Below are positions 36,760 through 50,964 of a DNA stretch of 64,000 nt, in pieces. Location: positions 12,896,001 to 12,960,000 of the forward strand of contig JAQFVV010000003.1 in NCBI GenBank assembly GCA_028023455.1. The letters are read 5' to 3'. The position numbers were made by a program, and so were the translations under genes. Origin of the DNA: Epiperipatus broadwayi (lineage: Eukaryota; Animalia; Onychophora). Positions within the stretch are counted from its first letter, which is position 1. The number at the start of each line of letters is the position of its first letter. A model generated the notes under the pieces. The model was not told the DNA's origin. It saw nothing but the letters and a program-made list of their open reading frames with translations, and made no database searches.

Positions 36760-38080
36760 AGATATCAGTATATAGAAGCAATAGATCTTAATAGTTTCAG
36801 CAATAAGAAGATAATATTCTGCAAAGATAATTACATCATGAATTTTGCTTAATTGGAAGAATGCAGTAGTGATTTTAATATTTAAAAAAAAAAAATTGAA
36901 AAGAAGATGTTAGAAATTTTGAACTCTGACCAAGTGAAAAAATAAACTGGATTTAAAAATAGTTTTATCATACTAGATCACCTGCAAATATTAAGGGAAA
37001 TTATATAATAGACCTCTTGATATAAGTTGCCATTTTGTTTTGGATTTGTAGTTTATGAAAAGGCATTTGACTCTGTAAGCATTTTCTACTGTAATTAAAG
37101 CTTTGGATTATCAAGATATAGATCCAGGATATTATTATATTTCGAAGAATATTTATCAAAATGCTATAGCAGTGATTAGATTATATGGTGATACTAAGAT
37201 TAACATTGATAAGGGTGTCTGACAGATTGATTCCTTATCTTCAAAATGTTTTACAGCATCTTCAAAAGAAGTTTCGTGGATTAAAATAGAAAGCTAAGGG
37301 AGTAAAAATAAATGGAGATTATTTAAGTGATCTAGATTTTGCAGATAATTGTGGTTGCTTTTGCAAATAATGTTTTAGACTCTGAAAAATATTGCAAAAA
37401 TTATCAGATGAAAGCAAGAAAGTAGGACTAAAGATAAGTGCTAAATAAATTAAAGTAATGCTCAATGGTTTTTATAGAAAAAAATAAAGAGTGATAATCA
37501 TGAATTGGAAAAAATTCACAATTACCTTGATCAAAATATTAATACAGATGGAAACATAATGAATGAAATTAATTGCAGAATTAAATTTGAGTGTAGTGCT
37601 TTTAATAGAAATAACCTAATATTAAAAAGAAATATGCCTTTGTGATGTGTTTGAGAAAGATTTTTAATAAATATATTTTGCCAGTTTTTTCTTATATATG
37701 GATCCAAGATTTAGACACTTAAAAGATTAACAATGTAAAAATTCCAGACTATGTAATGAAGTATAGAGAGATGTATGTTGGGCATATCAGAGAGGAATTA
37801 AAAGTGAAATATATGGTTAAGTATCGTTAGCATCATTGACAGAATTAAGAGACTGAAATAGAATTAGTCTGGATATATTGTGAGATGATAATAGATAAAT
37901 AGTTAATGTTTTAAACGAGATCTTAAGAAATTGTAAAAGATCTAGAAGATTACCACTGTAAGATGGATGGGTAAGGAAATTGTTTGGATTAATATGGAAA
38001 AAAGACTTTATGAATCAGAGAAAATGGATTAAACTTGGAATACTCATCCTGAAGTGAATCATTTAAAAATTGATGATGAT
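36760..38080 (+). mobile_element. 5'-truncated, decayed RTE-clade LINE (reverse transcriptase to 3' tail)
   Basis: Interrupted RT motifs LDHLQIL, YEKAFDSV, KGV*Q.D, GVKINGDYLSDLDFAD. Ends in TGATGATGAT at 38071-38080. Confidence 0.85.
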
Positions 38081-41000
38081 TTGAGTGCTTAATATGCTAT
38101 TACTGTTTTGATGGCATAATAATGAATTCAGTAAATTATATTTAATTATCAAAAGTGGTTTAATTTTTATTATACATTCATTTTATGGCTTTACAAAAAT
38201 TGCAATATATTACTACATATAATCATATGCAAACCATAACATGAATTGTAGTAATTAATGACAGTCCTTAAAAAAGAATTACCGTTCTAATTTTTTTTTA
38301 AAAAAAAAAAGTAGAGAAAAAAAAAACATAAAAGTTGAAATTGAGTTTTGCAATGACTATACAAATACAAACTAATTTTATGAAATATAAACAGGTCTAC
38401 ATATGATTCTTTAGTCTGTTTGTTTAATATTTTCTTTCTGCAGCAAAATTTTTATGACTGATTTTAATACCTTACAATATTGGTCTTTAATTGTAATCTA
38501 AATTCAGCCATATCTTTGTAATTAAGTCTATCATTATTGCACCTCTAGATATAAAAATGATTATTAATTGAATTTAAACATATTTTTAAAATGCTGCTTT
38601 TGCATTACACCCGAGACAAAATTAGAAAAAAATATTTATATATATTTAGATTTATTTATTTTTATGTTATTCTAGTCTTACCTGAGAACCATTGTCCTGT
38701 ATTGTTGCTCAATTGGTGAATTAGATTTCAATTTATTTTTTATTGCACTTCCAAATACTTTCCTCCATATTGTTTTTCATCACTGTTAATTATTTTTGTG
38801 GCCATTTCTTATTTTAGGTTTGCATTTGATTTTGAAATCTGTTTACCTGAGAATCCTATTATTAGTTTCACTACTAAACTCGACTTTCTCTGCAAGCACT
38901 GTCTTATATGGAAAAGATATATAGGATTGGCTATCCATATTTATATGATTTATGGAAATTATAAGCATGCATATAATCACATTAATCAACCTTAGGTAGT
39001 AGTAACTTCTATATATCTTCAGTCTATAAACAATCTTTTTAATTTTTAAATGTCAATGGAGTTTAGATGGCATTACAAGTAGATTTTCGTAAGAAATTTT
39101 TGATTACAAGCCTTTCTAGAAAGAAATACTGTTCTGCATTTTTTCGACTAACTAATTATCTTTTATTAAATTATCCAAGATAATTGCTCTTTACAGAAAG
39201 TCTCCAAGTATAAAGCAATCGTTTTACCCATGCTACCTCAGATTTTTTGGGTTAGAGTTTCTAACAAGTAATATTATTAATATTGATCCTTATTGATGAT
39301 TTTTAATAGTATAATTTGTTATAAAGCCAGCTTTTTAAAATCTGAGATAACAAGTATAAATAATTATTTTATACTTGAAGGCTTTCTGCAAAAAGGATAT
39401 TGATAGCTCACAGAAAAGGAAGTCATTTTCGTTATCTTATATATAATTTGAAAATTCTGTATTTTTTAATATATTAAATGTGGAGTAGCATATTTAGATT
39501 TTCAAAACAATAATTTGAAGGTATATTAAATACATTGCATATGTTTAAAAAATATTTTTTTCTTGTTTATAGTGACAGAGAAATATAAATTTTAAAATAA
39601 ATATATGATTAAGAGCATTAATATCTTTCCATTTTAGCTATTAGTTAAATTAAGATTTTTAATTTTTTAAAAAAAAGATTATTTTATATATTATTATCAT
39701 TGCTTTTTCTTAAAAATCTTTTCTTATTTATTTTTCTGGATTAAAAGTTATAATAATAACATCTAAAAGAATCATAATTTAATCATTAGCTAAATAGAAA
39801 GTATATTAATGTTCTAAATTTGTTTCATTGCTTACATTGAAAAAGATCTGCTAAATATTCATTTTAAACTTTTCACAATGCTTTTTATTAAATTGTCTAA
39901 CAGTTTTGACTCTCTGGCAGTCTTTTTCAGAGATGCAAAGTAATATTATATTACATTATTTCTTGTTTATTTACACAAACATATAGTAAACTTATTTTGA
40001 TGTATTTATATATATACATACACTCAATTTTCTATTGTCTTTATATTTTATTATTTTAAATGTATATCTTTAATTTATTTAATATATAAATGCGCACACA
40101 TATATATTTCACATATTTATACATTACATATATTTTATTATCATTTCATTAATAATTTTAATTCAGTAATCTGTAATGCAAAACTTATAACAACTGTTTT
40201 TATAAAATAATTACTTTTCAATATAATCATTTAAAACCAATAATTTAAATTTAATAATTTTAAAATTAATTTTAATTATTAATGGTTAGTTAATTAATAA
40301 AATATCTTATTTGTATGTATTGTAACAGACTATGATAGATAAAATAAAAGTATGTACTTATAAAATAGAAGTACTTATGTATTCTTTTTACAAATAGAAA
40401 TTCTGATAACTCAAACACATTCTTCAATGTCTATAAGCTATCTCAGATAAACTTTTACTGACACTACTTATAATATTTTTCTACAAGTGATATAAACTCA
40501 AATTGTTATAGATTCATGCATTTATAAGGCACCAACGTATTTACTCTTCTTGTTTCAAAATAATTATGGTCTGAACTTCTCTTTTATCGTCCAAGCTTTT
40601 AATCTCATTTGATGATAAATAAATAAAATTTATGTTAAACTACAGCTATCATATAATCAAGCTATTAGATAAATTTACCTTTCATAAATAGCTAAGTAAA
40701 TAAATGATTAAATAAACAAATATAACCATAATTAAAAGAATATGTAATTAATATTGTAATTCAATAAATATATAATTCATTAGATAGGTGAAACAATATA
40801 TCATAAAAAAGAATCAGAAAGTGCACTTATTGATGATTTAAATATAACTTTATTAACATTATAAAATTAATTATGACAAAGCAAAAAAAATAATTAAATT
40901 ACACTAATTAGCATAAATTTAAAATCCCTTATCAATTATAATCTTCCTTGGTTTTGCTGCATTCTTCAAAAATCTTTATTTGGATTTTCCTTTTTTAAAA

Positions 41001-42984
41001 ACATTTATTAAATATAATTTCAGTCACCCAACTTACATACCAATACTTAGAAATATATATTATAAAATTTAAGAATATATGTGTCAAAAGGCACCATATT
41101 ATAAATGAAAAAAAAAATTATTTATTAGTTGTATGTCTATTTAGATCAAGTAATGCTCACCTAAATAATAAACCTTATATTTTCAAAAAATTAAATATAA
41201 AATATAAACTTTAAATTATTTTATTACTTTCATATGCATGAATTTAATGATGTCTTATTTACTTAATCTAAATTTTAATTTCATATTGAACAATATTAAT
41301 AAAGAAAACTAAAACTATTATTTAAAATCTTAAGAGAGAAAAAATTTCTAACAAATATCTATTTTTTTTTTTATATTATACTCTGATCATCCAATGTATT
41401 CAGCAGACATCTTTTTTGATATTCCTTCAGCTAGTTCCTTTTCCATGTTTTGTGCCAAATTCCAACAGCAATAATGATAATGAAATGACATGGGTACCAT
41501 CCATTGATGATCCTCAATTCTTATTATTATTTTTTTTCCTTTGATGGTTTAACTTTGATCAGCATAGCACTGATGCCTATTTCATGAAGAGATGATTTTT
41601 ATTTTATTATTTATTCAATTCCTTTCATCAAAGATATCAATCAATAGGATCTCCATGTCCTCCCTTTCATGAAATCTATTCAAATATCATTATTATTTTG
41701 CTATTAACTTAATAAACTTTAAATTTATCAGACATAAAAAAAAAATCTAACTGGTATGACAGTAATAAAGTTCTCTCTATTTAAGTGCTAGGAATGTCTT
41801 CTTTTTTTTTTTTTAAAGAATCGCTCAGGAAATTCTCTTTCTTAATCATAATAAAAATAAATATTATTCGGTATGATAAAATAATCATTTTTATTTCAAT
41901 TTAAATAAAATATTTTTAAAATGAAGATATATATAATATGGTTTATGGAATATTTTATTCACACTTACATTCATTCTTTCATTTATCATGGGTTTGAAAT
42001 CTTTCTTTAACTAGTACCCCTTATGACTATCTTAATCTATTTTTTTAATACTAAATTAATTTTTCATAAACAAATGATTCATCATTGTTTTCTTTATTTG
42101 TATTTTATTAAAAATGATTTCTATCTTTAAACTTAAAATGTACTTGATAAAACCCATGTGACAAGCCTTCATGTCACAGTATAGATATCTGTGAAGAAAA
42201 AGATGGGAAGATATATAGCAAAATAATTAAATTTAAGTGTGTATATATGGATTCAAAATATGGAAAATAAAATAAAATTATTAATACAAAATTATTTTTC
42301 AGTTTGTATGTAATTATAAATTTAAATGCAATAAAAATTCCAAATTCAAAGATATTTTTTAAAAATCCAATAGGGAAGAAAAAGAAAACCAGGTATCTGA
42401 TATATTAACAATTTAGTATTGATATAATAGATGATAAATAACATTTTTAATTAGAAGAGCATATTTAAAATTTATTTTGGTTTTTAAAATTATTATTAAA
42501 TTTCGTTTATTGATTTTTAAATGAGTAGAATACATTTTTTTTTATAAAAACAGTTGTACTTCCTAGAAGTATATAAAACATATATACAATGATGATTTAC
42601 AAATTATGAGTTTTGCTTACAGATGAATGAATAAAATGATAATATACAGTATATTTATGTAAATAAATATATGTAATAGGTGTTTAATGCACATATTAAA
42701 TGATTTAAAATAATATTGTAGCAGGAAAATCTGTACATTCGCACAACAAAATCTAGAACTTTAGCAAATCATACCAAGGCTGACCAGCATAGAATGGCAC
42801 TAACCACGTTGTCTGATATAGCCCCAACTCCTTTACTAATGCTCAAAGATTTACCATCTTGCGGATGACACATATGAAGCCACAGCAGCATTTTCTTTCA
42901 TCACCTGCCGGCAATAGCACATCAGTAAAGCACAAGACTAGGATAAGTTGACTTATTAACAAGTATAGCTATATAGACGATGTG

Positions 42985-44050
42985 TGTGGCAGAACATAAT
43001 TATAAAATATGGATTGTGATTCTTAACTAATGATTAACTAATCAATAAAGACTTACCAATGAGTAACATTGAGACATGACACAGAAGTTAAATTTAAACA
43101 CAATTTAATGAAAAATAAATATTAAAATTATTAAATTAAAATGATGACTATAACTTGGCTATATGGGTTGTATCACACGCAGGTGACTAAGTTAGGGATA
43201 CAATTTCATATTTGAGTTGGGATTCACATGCAAGTGATGACTGAAGTTATAATCATTTATGGTTTGCCTAGTTACATGTGGCTTTAATTTAGATATACAT
43301 TTGGTACAATGTAGATCACTCACAGGTGACATTAATCATTTTGATTAGTTACATTAGGTTTATTACAAATACATATATCACTCGTAGGTGATGATTTAAC
43401 TGTTTATATAGCAATTTCAATCACATGCAGGCGATTGTAGTTTGGATTAAATCATTTAATTGAGTTTGCTACATATAGATATCACTCGGAGGTGATGAGA
43501 ATTTTATATTTTCATGAGCCTTAAGATTACATTATAGATCAAGGTTAATTTGCTCATGACCATCTATGCCTAGTTCATGCTATATAACCGGGTCTAGATC
43601 CGCTCTAGAGCTAGCAGCAGTGATTATACATATTGCTAAAGAATATGATATTTTATTAAACACGAATACTTAATATTCTCTATATAGCTTGTGTGCTTAT
43701 AAATTAGACTCGAATTCAGATCAAAGCTGAAAATACAATTACTATGGCGGGATGAACTGATGATTGGCAGTCAGACTTTAGATACCATGGTGTATAGAAA
43801 ATATAAAGTCTGATATAGCCCTTGCGTCTCGAGTGTGCCTTTTTATGAGATTTTTACCAAGTAACGGTTCTCTTTTCACTGTATTCATTGCTGTGTAAAT
43901 AAACGACCTTTAGTCCGGCTGATCGAGCAATTTATTTGGGTGGGAGTCTTATGCTCCATTCCTAAGGATGCAGAATGGGGAGGTTCGAACCTGTCCATCA
44001 TTTTGAAGAAGAAAATTGCCCGAACTAAGAGTAATGGTGCAGCGCGACCA
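42985..44050 (+). mobile_element. Possible 5' LTR plus primer-binding site of a truncated LTR retrotransposon
   Basis: GC-richer island starting TGTGG, a repeat array at 43173-43495, TATATAA at about 43581, AATAAA at about 43888 and TGGTGCAGCG at 44035-44044 (9 of 10 to a tRNA-Ser(TGA)-type PBS). No TSD, second LTR or gag/pol found. Confidence 0.35.
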
Positions 44051-47000
44051 CATACAAACCATTAAGGAATACAGCAACAAATATATATATATACGCCGTA
44101 GCGTTTAAAAACACACTCACACCACTGACCACATTATATAATTAAAATTTAATGACGCTAAACACTAGTTTCCTTCATGAAACTACCGTATATCAGTTCA
44201 TTAGGTAGCATGTATAATTATGCTATTAAGGAAAAATTAGGAATCTAATTTGTAAAGCTATCTATACAGGAATTTATAACTCTGGAAGGAAGTACAGCAA
44301 ATTATTGGGCATTAAGATATAATTATAGCTCTATGCTGTATCTCAGTAACTCCAGCTAAACATTAGTTAAATATCTCGAAAGCGAATCTATCTTAAAACA
44401 GCTTTACGCTTTTTATTTAACTCTTAAAACAAGCTATTTTAACCCTTTCAAAACGGGCTTCTTTTGCATCCTATTATTCTCTAGGTGTGAAGCTGTAGCG
44501 GCTCCTCACTAAGCATTTAGTCAGTAGTAAAATTCCGCTTTAAATAACTTACAGCACAAACTACTAAGCAATGGAAAATCATAAAATGGCATAGGTTTAC
44601 TTAGAAAGAATGTATGTTTAACGAATAGATATCTAAAATTTGACTCTGTCTTATCATAGTTTAAAATGGAATTGCAACGCAATTCGTTTATATCTGATTG
44701 ACCCAGTTCAAGACAAATTTAAGTTGTGTACACGAATTAATTAAGGCAAATATTATTATTATATTAAAATATGTTAAAAGCATATATCATTAAGTTATAA
44801 TACATAAAATAATCTAGAAACTTAATTATCATTCTAGAATGAAGCATTTAAAATTAGACACAATTTAGAATAAAGCATTTAAAATTATACGTAATGAAAT
44901 TTATAATAATTAATTTAAAATCAATCATTTTAAGCAAGTCACAACTAAATAAGTCAGAAAACTGTAATTACGTTGAACTAGATCAATTGGAGATAACCTA
45001 GCAAACCAACACATAAATCAATAAATATGATATTAACTCAAATTAGTTATTAAACCAAATCAAATATTAATTAAATGTAAATCAGATTAAATGTAAAGGC
45101 AAATCAGGCAAGATTTTAAGGTGAAAACAAAAGAAATCAAAATTACATTTAGTAGTGGATTTAAAGAAAATAAAGAAATCAAAATTACATTTAGTAGTGG
45201 ATTTAAATTTACATTATTATTGCTATGGCCATAGAGTTTAAATTTAGCTAGCTTTAGGAATTATCGCATTTTATCCGGGTTATTAATCTTTAAGTAGAGG
45301 AAAGTTTTTACCAGGCTCTCTGCTGTTTGTACTTGTTTCATGTTGAGGATTGGAGATGGGCATCTGCTTCATCACACGGCTTCTCCTCTTGATATTTCCC
45401 GCATTGGTAGACTTCTTGAGTCAGAAGGCAAGCAAATTTGCCTCTACTCAAATTTCATTTTAATTCATAAATTTTAAACATACGTGGTTGAATGAAAATA
45501 AAGTCCGACTAAATTTCAAAATGGGCGCAGAGGCATATATATATTCAGCTTACCCCCCCCCCCTCTTCTCAGTTATAGTAATTTTCTAGCTTTGTTTTGA
45601 TAATTTTCTCACTGAATTCCTAGAATTGTATAATTACTTTGTTTTTATTTCTTATAGCGGAATTTTACATCCGGTCATTCACTATTTCTTTTTAATTACG
45701 CAGGATAATTTATCCTACAGGTTAGTGTTACTTTTAGTTTGGTAATTAGGTCACACTAAAGTGAGAAAGATTAAATTTTATAATACCAAATTTTCGAAAA
45801 CAAATCTATAAATGGAATTTTATAATACCAATTTTTCGAAAACAAATCTAAATGGAAAAACATCTGGTTATATATGTAACTTGATTATTTAATTTAGCAA
45901 TATATGCAGAAATATACAATAATTTCAAATATTAATTTTCTTTAGAATAAATATTTTAAATAAATAAATTTATAATGTTTTAAATCTGTTAACATTATTC
46001 TTTTCTGCATATATGTAGTCTCTCGTTACACATACAATGCAGTTTTCATTAATTTACTCCTAGAAATATATGTGTGTATATATGATTTTTTTTACATATA
46101 CAAATACACCTTTTATCTTGTAAGCTTAAAATATACGCACACATACATAACTAATACCTTTATATTTAAATCCAGCCTGATTTGGATATAATATTAATCC
46201 GATATACGAGGATTTGATGATAGATACTTATATAGAAATACTACTATATATAGTATATAGTAGGTGAAACAGGAGAATTGACAAAGCTGACTGTTTCAAT
46301 ATACAAGTAAAAAATATGTATTAAGAAAATATATAAATAATAGAAAGGCTGTGTACATATATATAAACATCAAAATAAATTTATTGTATGTTTATGTAAA
46401 TAAAGAACTAATGTAACACAATTGTATATATTTTAGTACTGAAAAAAGATCACTAGACAATCAAAATTGTTTAATAAAAAGCATAGAAAAATACAAAGAA
46501 GAAATTGTTTTTTTTAAAATTTGTGTTATTTAATTGATTTTTTTATAAATAAATCTATATTTATTGCATATTATAATAAAGATTGTGGTATCTTTATATC
46601 ACAAACATTAAACAAATATTGTTTATTTATATTACACAATATGTAATAGCTTTATAAAATTTGGAAAAACATGAATGCTGTAAATGAATAAACAGAGTAA
46701 TACTTCAGAAAAACAACAGCGTTCATTGTAATTCTCAGCTCATATGTTGAGCACATATTATCAAATACCACAAAAATAGCATAGGAGATAATTTAAAAGC
46801 AGCATTATTTTAACTAATCATTATTAAGCAAATAGTCATTATTGCAAAATGCTATTGTGCAAATGAATAATATATTATATTACATGAATATATATAAAAA
46901 TAGCAATAGTACTGATGTAAGATTAAGGACCACTTACCTGGGAAAAAATCCTAAGGCTTATTTACAACCTGAAAAAAATTCAGTTTTATCTGGCCCAAAT

Positions 47001-47624
47001 TTATATCAGGCTGTGGTGATAGAGATGGATATGTTAACCACTATATTATGAAGCCTTTCCTAGTATACTTACATATTATTATATAGAAGTTGTGCAGTGA
47101 AGCCTTGATCCATTGATTTTCAAACTGTTGGAGGGGAGGGGGTTGCATCTATCATTGACATGGTTTTGATGTTATATTTTACTATAAGCTTTTTTTAAAA
47201 AATCATATTTTTTCTTTCTTTTAAGTTGTTATAATTCAAATAACTTTTTTTAAAATTAGAAATTAAAAACATATCCCCCCCCCAATATTTTCTCATTTTT
47301 CGATTCATCATAAATTAAAGAGTTTTTTTATTTGTAGGAAGCTTTTGTTTTCTTAATCTTATAAATTCTTTATTATCTTATCAATTAAAGTATAAATTTA
47401 TCCTAAACAAATGATGTAAATTAATTTTTTTTTTTTATTAATATTAGATAAAATTCTTACTGCAATATTAAAATTATATATATACTGTACACACATACAT
47501 TTTGTAAATAATAGGTGAGGAATGTTTGGAATCTGTATTTAAAATTAATAGTTGTATTTTATGTGAACAGTGTTTTAATGAATAATTATTAAATAAATAT
47601 TGGTACTTATATATATATTTTAAT

Positions 47625-47777
47625 TAAAATAGAAATTCATATAACACTACAATACTAGCCAAAACAACAAAATTTTACTAAAATTCTTACACAACCATGG
47701 TTTCTTCGTAGTTAATAATTTAATTAAAATTTTGTTGCTTTGATTAGTATTGTAGTGTTATATGAATTTCTATTTTA
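47625..47777. repeat. Small MITE-like palindrome (153 bp, arms about 55 bp)
   Basis: taaaatagaaattcatataacactacaatacta is the reverse complement of tagtattgtagtgttatatgaatttctatttta. A TA target duplication is possible. Confidence 0.85.
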
Positions 47778-48479
47778 TTTTTATAACTGCTAGTATAGTA
47801 TTAGACAGTATTTACTATTTTAATTAGAATTCCTATCATTTTTACATATCTTCCATTTATTTTATAATCACTTGAGAAATAATAGATCAAGAGTTCATAA
47901 GTATGATTGTGATTTGTGGTTCTAATTTATTCTCCCCCCTCCCCCAATTTTTTAAAAAAAAAAGAGTAATGCAGCGACTCAAAGCTTGTTCAAAATTTCA
48001 GACTAAAAAGATTTGTAGAAATTTCAAAGATTACATTAAAATAAAAAAGCTGTTTATTTACAATCAGAATAGTCCTATACCATTCTGAGGCTAGCTTAAT
48101 GTTTTATTAAGTCTAAGTTTAATAGTTCATATTTCCTGGATAGTATCTAATCAAAAAGAATTTGCTACATAAAATTTATTGTTTCATTGTTTTAAGTTAG
48201 AGGGTAAAATAAGAAAGAAAAACACAAGCTCTTATTCTCTGGCAAATGATTAGCCTGGTGAGTGGTTTTTTTTTTTTCATTGTTTCTTCTTAGAGGATAC
48301 TAAAAAAACTTTACTCTACTTTTTTTTGTTTGTTTGTTTATTTAAAACTGTTTTATCATTTAGCCTCTTTATGGTTAATTTCTAAATAAAATCTTTCATT
48401 TCTACTTTTGAAGATATTTACTATAATTATAAAATATTAAAAAATTAAAAGTAAACAATTTGCTTGGGAAATCAATCAA

Positions 48480-49683
48480 TAGAACAGTGTTTGTAAACTC
48501 TTTGAATATGGAAATCAGCTGAACTAGCTTGCAGGAAATTTTTCAGCAATCATGAATAGGTTTGCTAAAAAAAAAAATGCCAATGGACAGATTATAATCA
48601 AAGAAATGAAGAGCAAGAGGAAATATACAGAAAATAACAGAACTACTCAGTGATCTACAGATAGAAAGAAATCAATTTTTGTTCCCATATCAAACAAAGA
48701 AAGAAATCTAAACAAAGTGCAAATTATAGTGCCATATATGCGAATAAGCATATTGAAAATTATATAGCACAGATAAGATCTTATGTTGAAAGGATACTAT
48801 TAGATGCATAGATTGAGAAGCAAGAGCCATCATTGCTAATGTCAATTGGGTAATTGAAAAGACAAAGAATACCAAAAATTATATGTATTCATAACAACAA
48901 AACTTGATTCAGTTGTCCATGCTAAATTATAAAAAAAAAATTTTTTTTCAAGAAAATGGATGTACAATATATTTTATAATTTCTACGAGGACTCTATATG
49001 AATCAGAAACTACAGTTAAAACAAATAGATAAAGCATACTAGTTTCATATTAATAAAAGAATTTGAAAAGATAATGCTGAATATGTAATGAGGAACAAAT
49101 ATTGATTTAAAATTTTTTAATAATCTTAGATGACATTATACTTACTTATAGCTAAAAATATATTGAAAAGACTTCACAACTCTCATTAAAAAGTTAAAGA
49201 ATAAAGTGAAAAATTTTAAATTACCTATGAAGAAAATTAAGATTATAATAGCAGAGTCTGTAGCCAATTTCAAAATTGAATGGGTAAACGTTTGCATCCT
49301 TGAATTATCCATAAACAAAAGATCCAAAAGCCAAAATATTCATAATAGACTAACACTGCACAGAGTTAGAATGAAAAACTGAAAAAGATCATTAGATTTA
49401 GAGACATTTCTTTAAAGGCAAAAGTCTAAATTGTTTAAACTATGGTGTTTTCTGTAACTCTTCATGGATATGAAAGTAAGACAGTGAAGAATAGAAAAAT
49501 GATTATTTATTTAATCATATTAAATCTGAATTATGGTTTGATGCACAAATGATTAGCTTAAAATTGTCCTATTCTGCTTATAATGTGAGGAAATCTAATC
49601 TACTAGAAAAATGTATAATGCTTGAAATGTGTTTGGTGAAAAAAGAGATTGTCCAACAGTGAAGTGAATGGACTTCATCATCA
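48480..49683 (+). mobile_element. Decayed RTE (BovB-like) LINE reverse-transcriptase fragment
   Basis: Interrupted motifs KSIFVPI and IIANVNWVIEK; many frameshifts. Confidence 0.65.
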
Positions 49684-49695
49684 TAATAATAAATA

Positions 49696-50265
49696 TTTTC
49701 ACTTCACCACTGTCATGCAAGATAGGAACTGGTTTCTATATACTTTTAATACCTTGTGGAGGGATGTAATCATAAACATATGATCAAAGACGTGAAAAAA
49801 AAAAAAAAAGTCTCCAAGATCCACATTTCATGCTGAACTAGCACTTATCAGTTGGCCCATACCACAATCTCTTTCATATATCTTTATCATTGTTCAGTGA
49901 AAGTTATTCTACAGAAATATTATTCATTATTGGATAATCTCTAATCTAATGAGTGATTAATAAAAGTTATTAATATAGTTCCATTAAGTAGTTTGTATCA
50001 AAGTTGTAAGGTCAGCAAGTTTGATTGTTATCAATTAAACTGTAATAATTTTTTATCTGTATATACTGAACAATGATAAAGATATGTGCAAGAGATTGTG
50101 GTCTGGACTAACTGATGAATGTTGGTTCAGCATGAAATGTGCATTTTGGGGATTCTGTATATTTTTCATGTCTTTGGTCATATGTTTATTATTACATTTC
50201 TCTGCAAGGTGTTAAAAGTGGACAGAAACCAATCCCTATCTTGAATGAAAGTGGTGTAATGAAAA
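49696..50265. mobile_element. Compact inverted-repeat element of the hammerhead-bearing family (two ~200-bp modules around a ~150-bp spacer)
   Basis: ttttcacttcaccact at the left end and agtggtgtaatgaaaa at the right end are inverted. Degenerate hammerhead on the minus strand at 49814-49855; intact-core hammerhead on the + strand at 50108-50149. Confidence 0.85.
50108..50149 (+). ncRNA. Minimal type I hammerhead ribozyme motif (AUU triplet, site 3' of 50145)
   Basis: CTAA-CTGATGA-ATGTTG GTT CAGCAT-GAAA-TG TG CA-TT-TTGG. Core intact, stem II fully paired, stem I has one G.U pair. Activity untested. Confidence 0.62.
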
Positions 50266-50872
50266 TTAGATTCTAGAAATATTATATCATAATATGTTTG
50301 CTCGTTTATGATTTCTAAATCCATAAATTATCAAATTCATTTCAATTATGCTTTTAAATAATTTATCCTATTATATACCTATATAAAACAGCCTTATTGA
50401 AAAGCTTAGGCTTCTCTAAGAGGAGTGTTTTTATTCCGATTTTTCATTGACAATCACTAGATATTTACTGATCAATAATTGGATAATTTAATTAGATTCT
50501 GAGTAGAATACTAAAAATTTTTTTTTACTTGTTAGAATCCCAGCCATGAGAATGGCCAGCAGGTGCACTAAGTACTACACCTTGATACTCTTAATTATTG
50601 ATTTATATTCCATTAAAATTTTCTAAATAATGTTGTCTTTAATCTCTTTAGATGGTATTATTCTGAAAGTCATGTTATGTTTTTCAGATAAAAATTGTTT
50701 TTTTTTTATATTTATAATTTTCTTATATTTAAATGACATGAAAATCTTCTATAACATTGTATATACATATCATATATAGATTCTTATAAGCATTTTTTAA
50801 ATATAAATTAATATTAATTCATATGATTATTGATAATAAGTAAATATATACTTTTCTTAATTATTTTCCAAG

Positions 50873-50964
50873 ATCTTATTACAGCATCTAAAGACCGGTC
50901 TGTAGGATTATTACGTTTAGGTTCACCAAATCATGGATGGACTGAATACAGCGAAATGACATGA
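50873..50964 (+). CDS. WD40-repeat protein terminal coding exon (Y-LITASKDRSVGLLRLGSPNHGWTEYSEMT*)
   Basis: ttttccaag acceptor, phase 1 matches exon 8. LITASKDRSV completes the WD repeat begun by HKGDIEDMDLSP. TGA at 50962-50964. Confidence 0.92.

Noticed and set aside
43173-43495. CRISPR array or bacterial CRP sites
   Set aside because: Eukaryotic context, repeats only 14 bp with irregular spacing, no cas genes, and the dyad is the inverse of the CRP arrangement.
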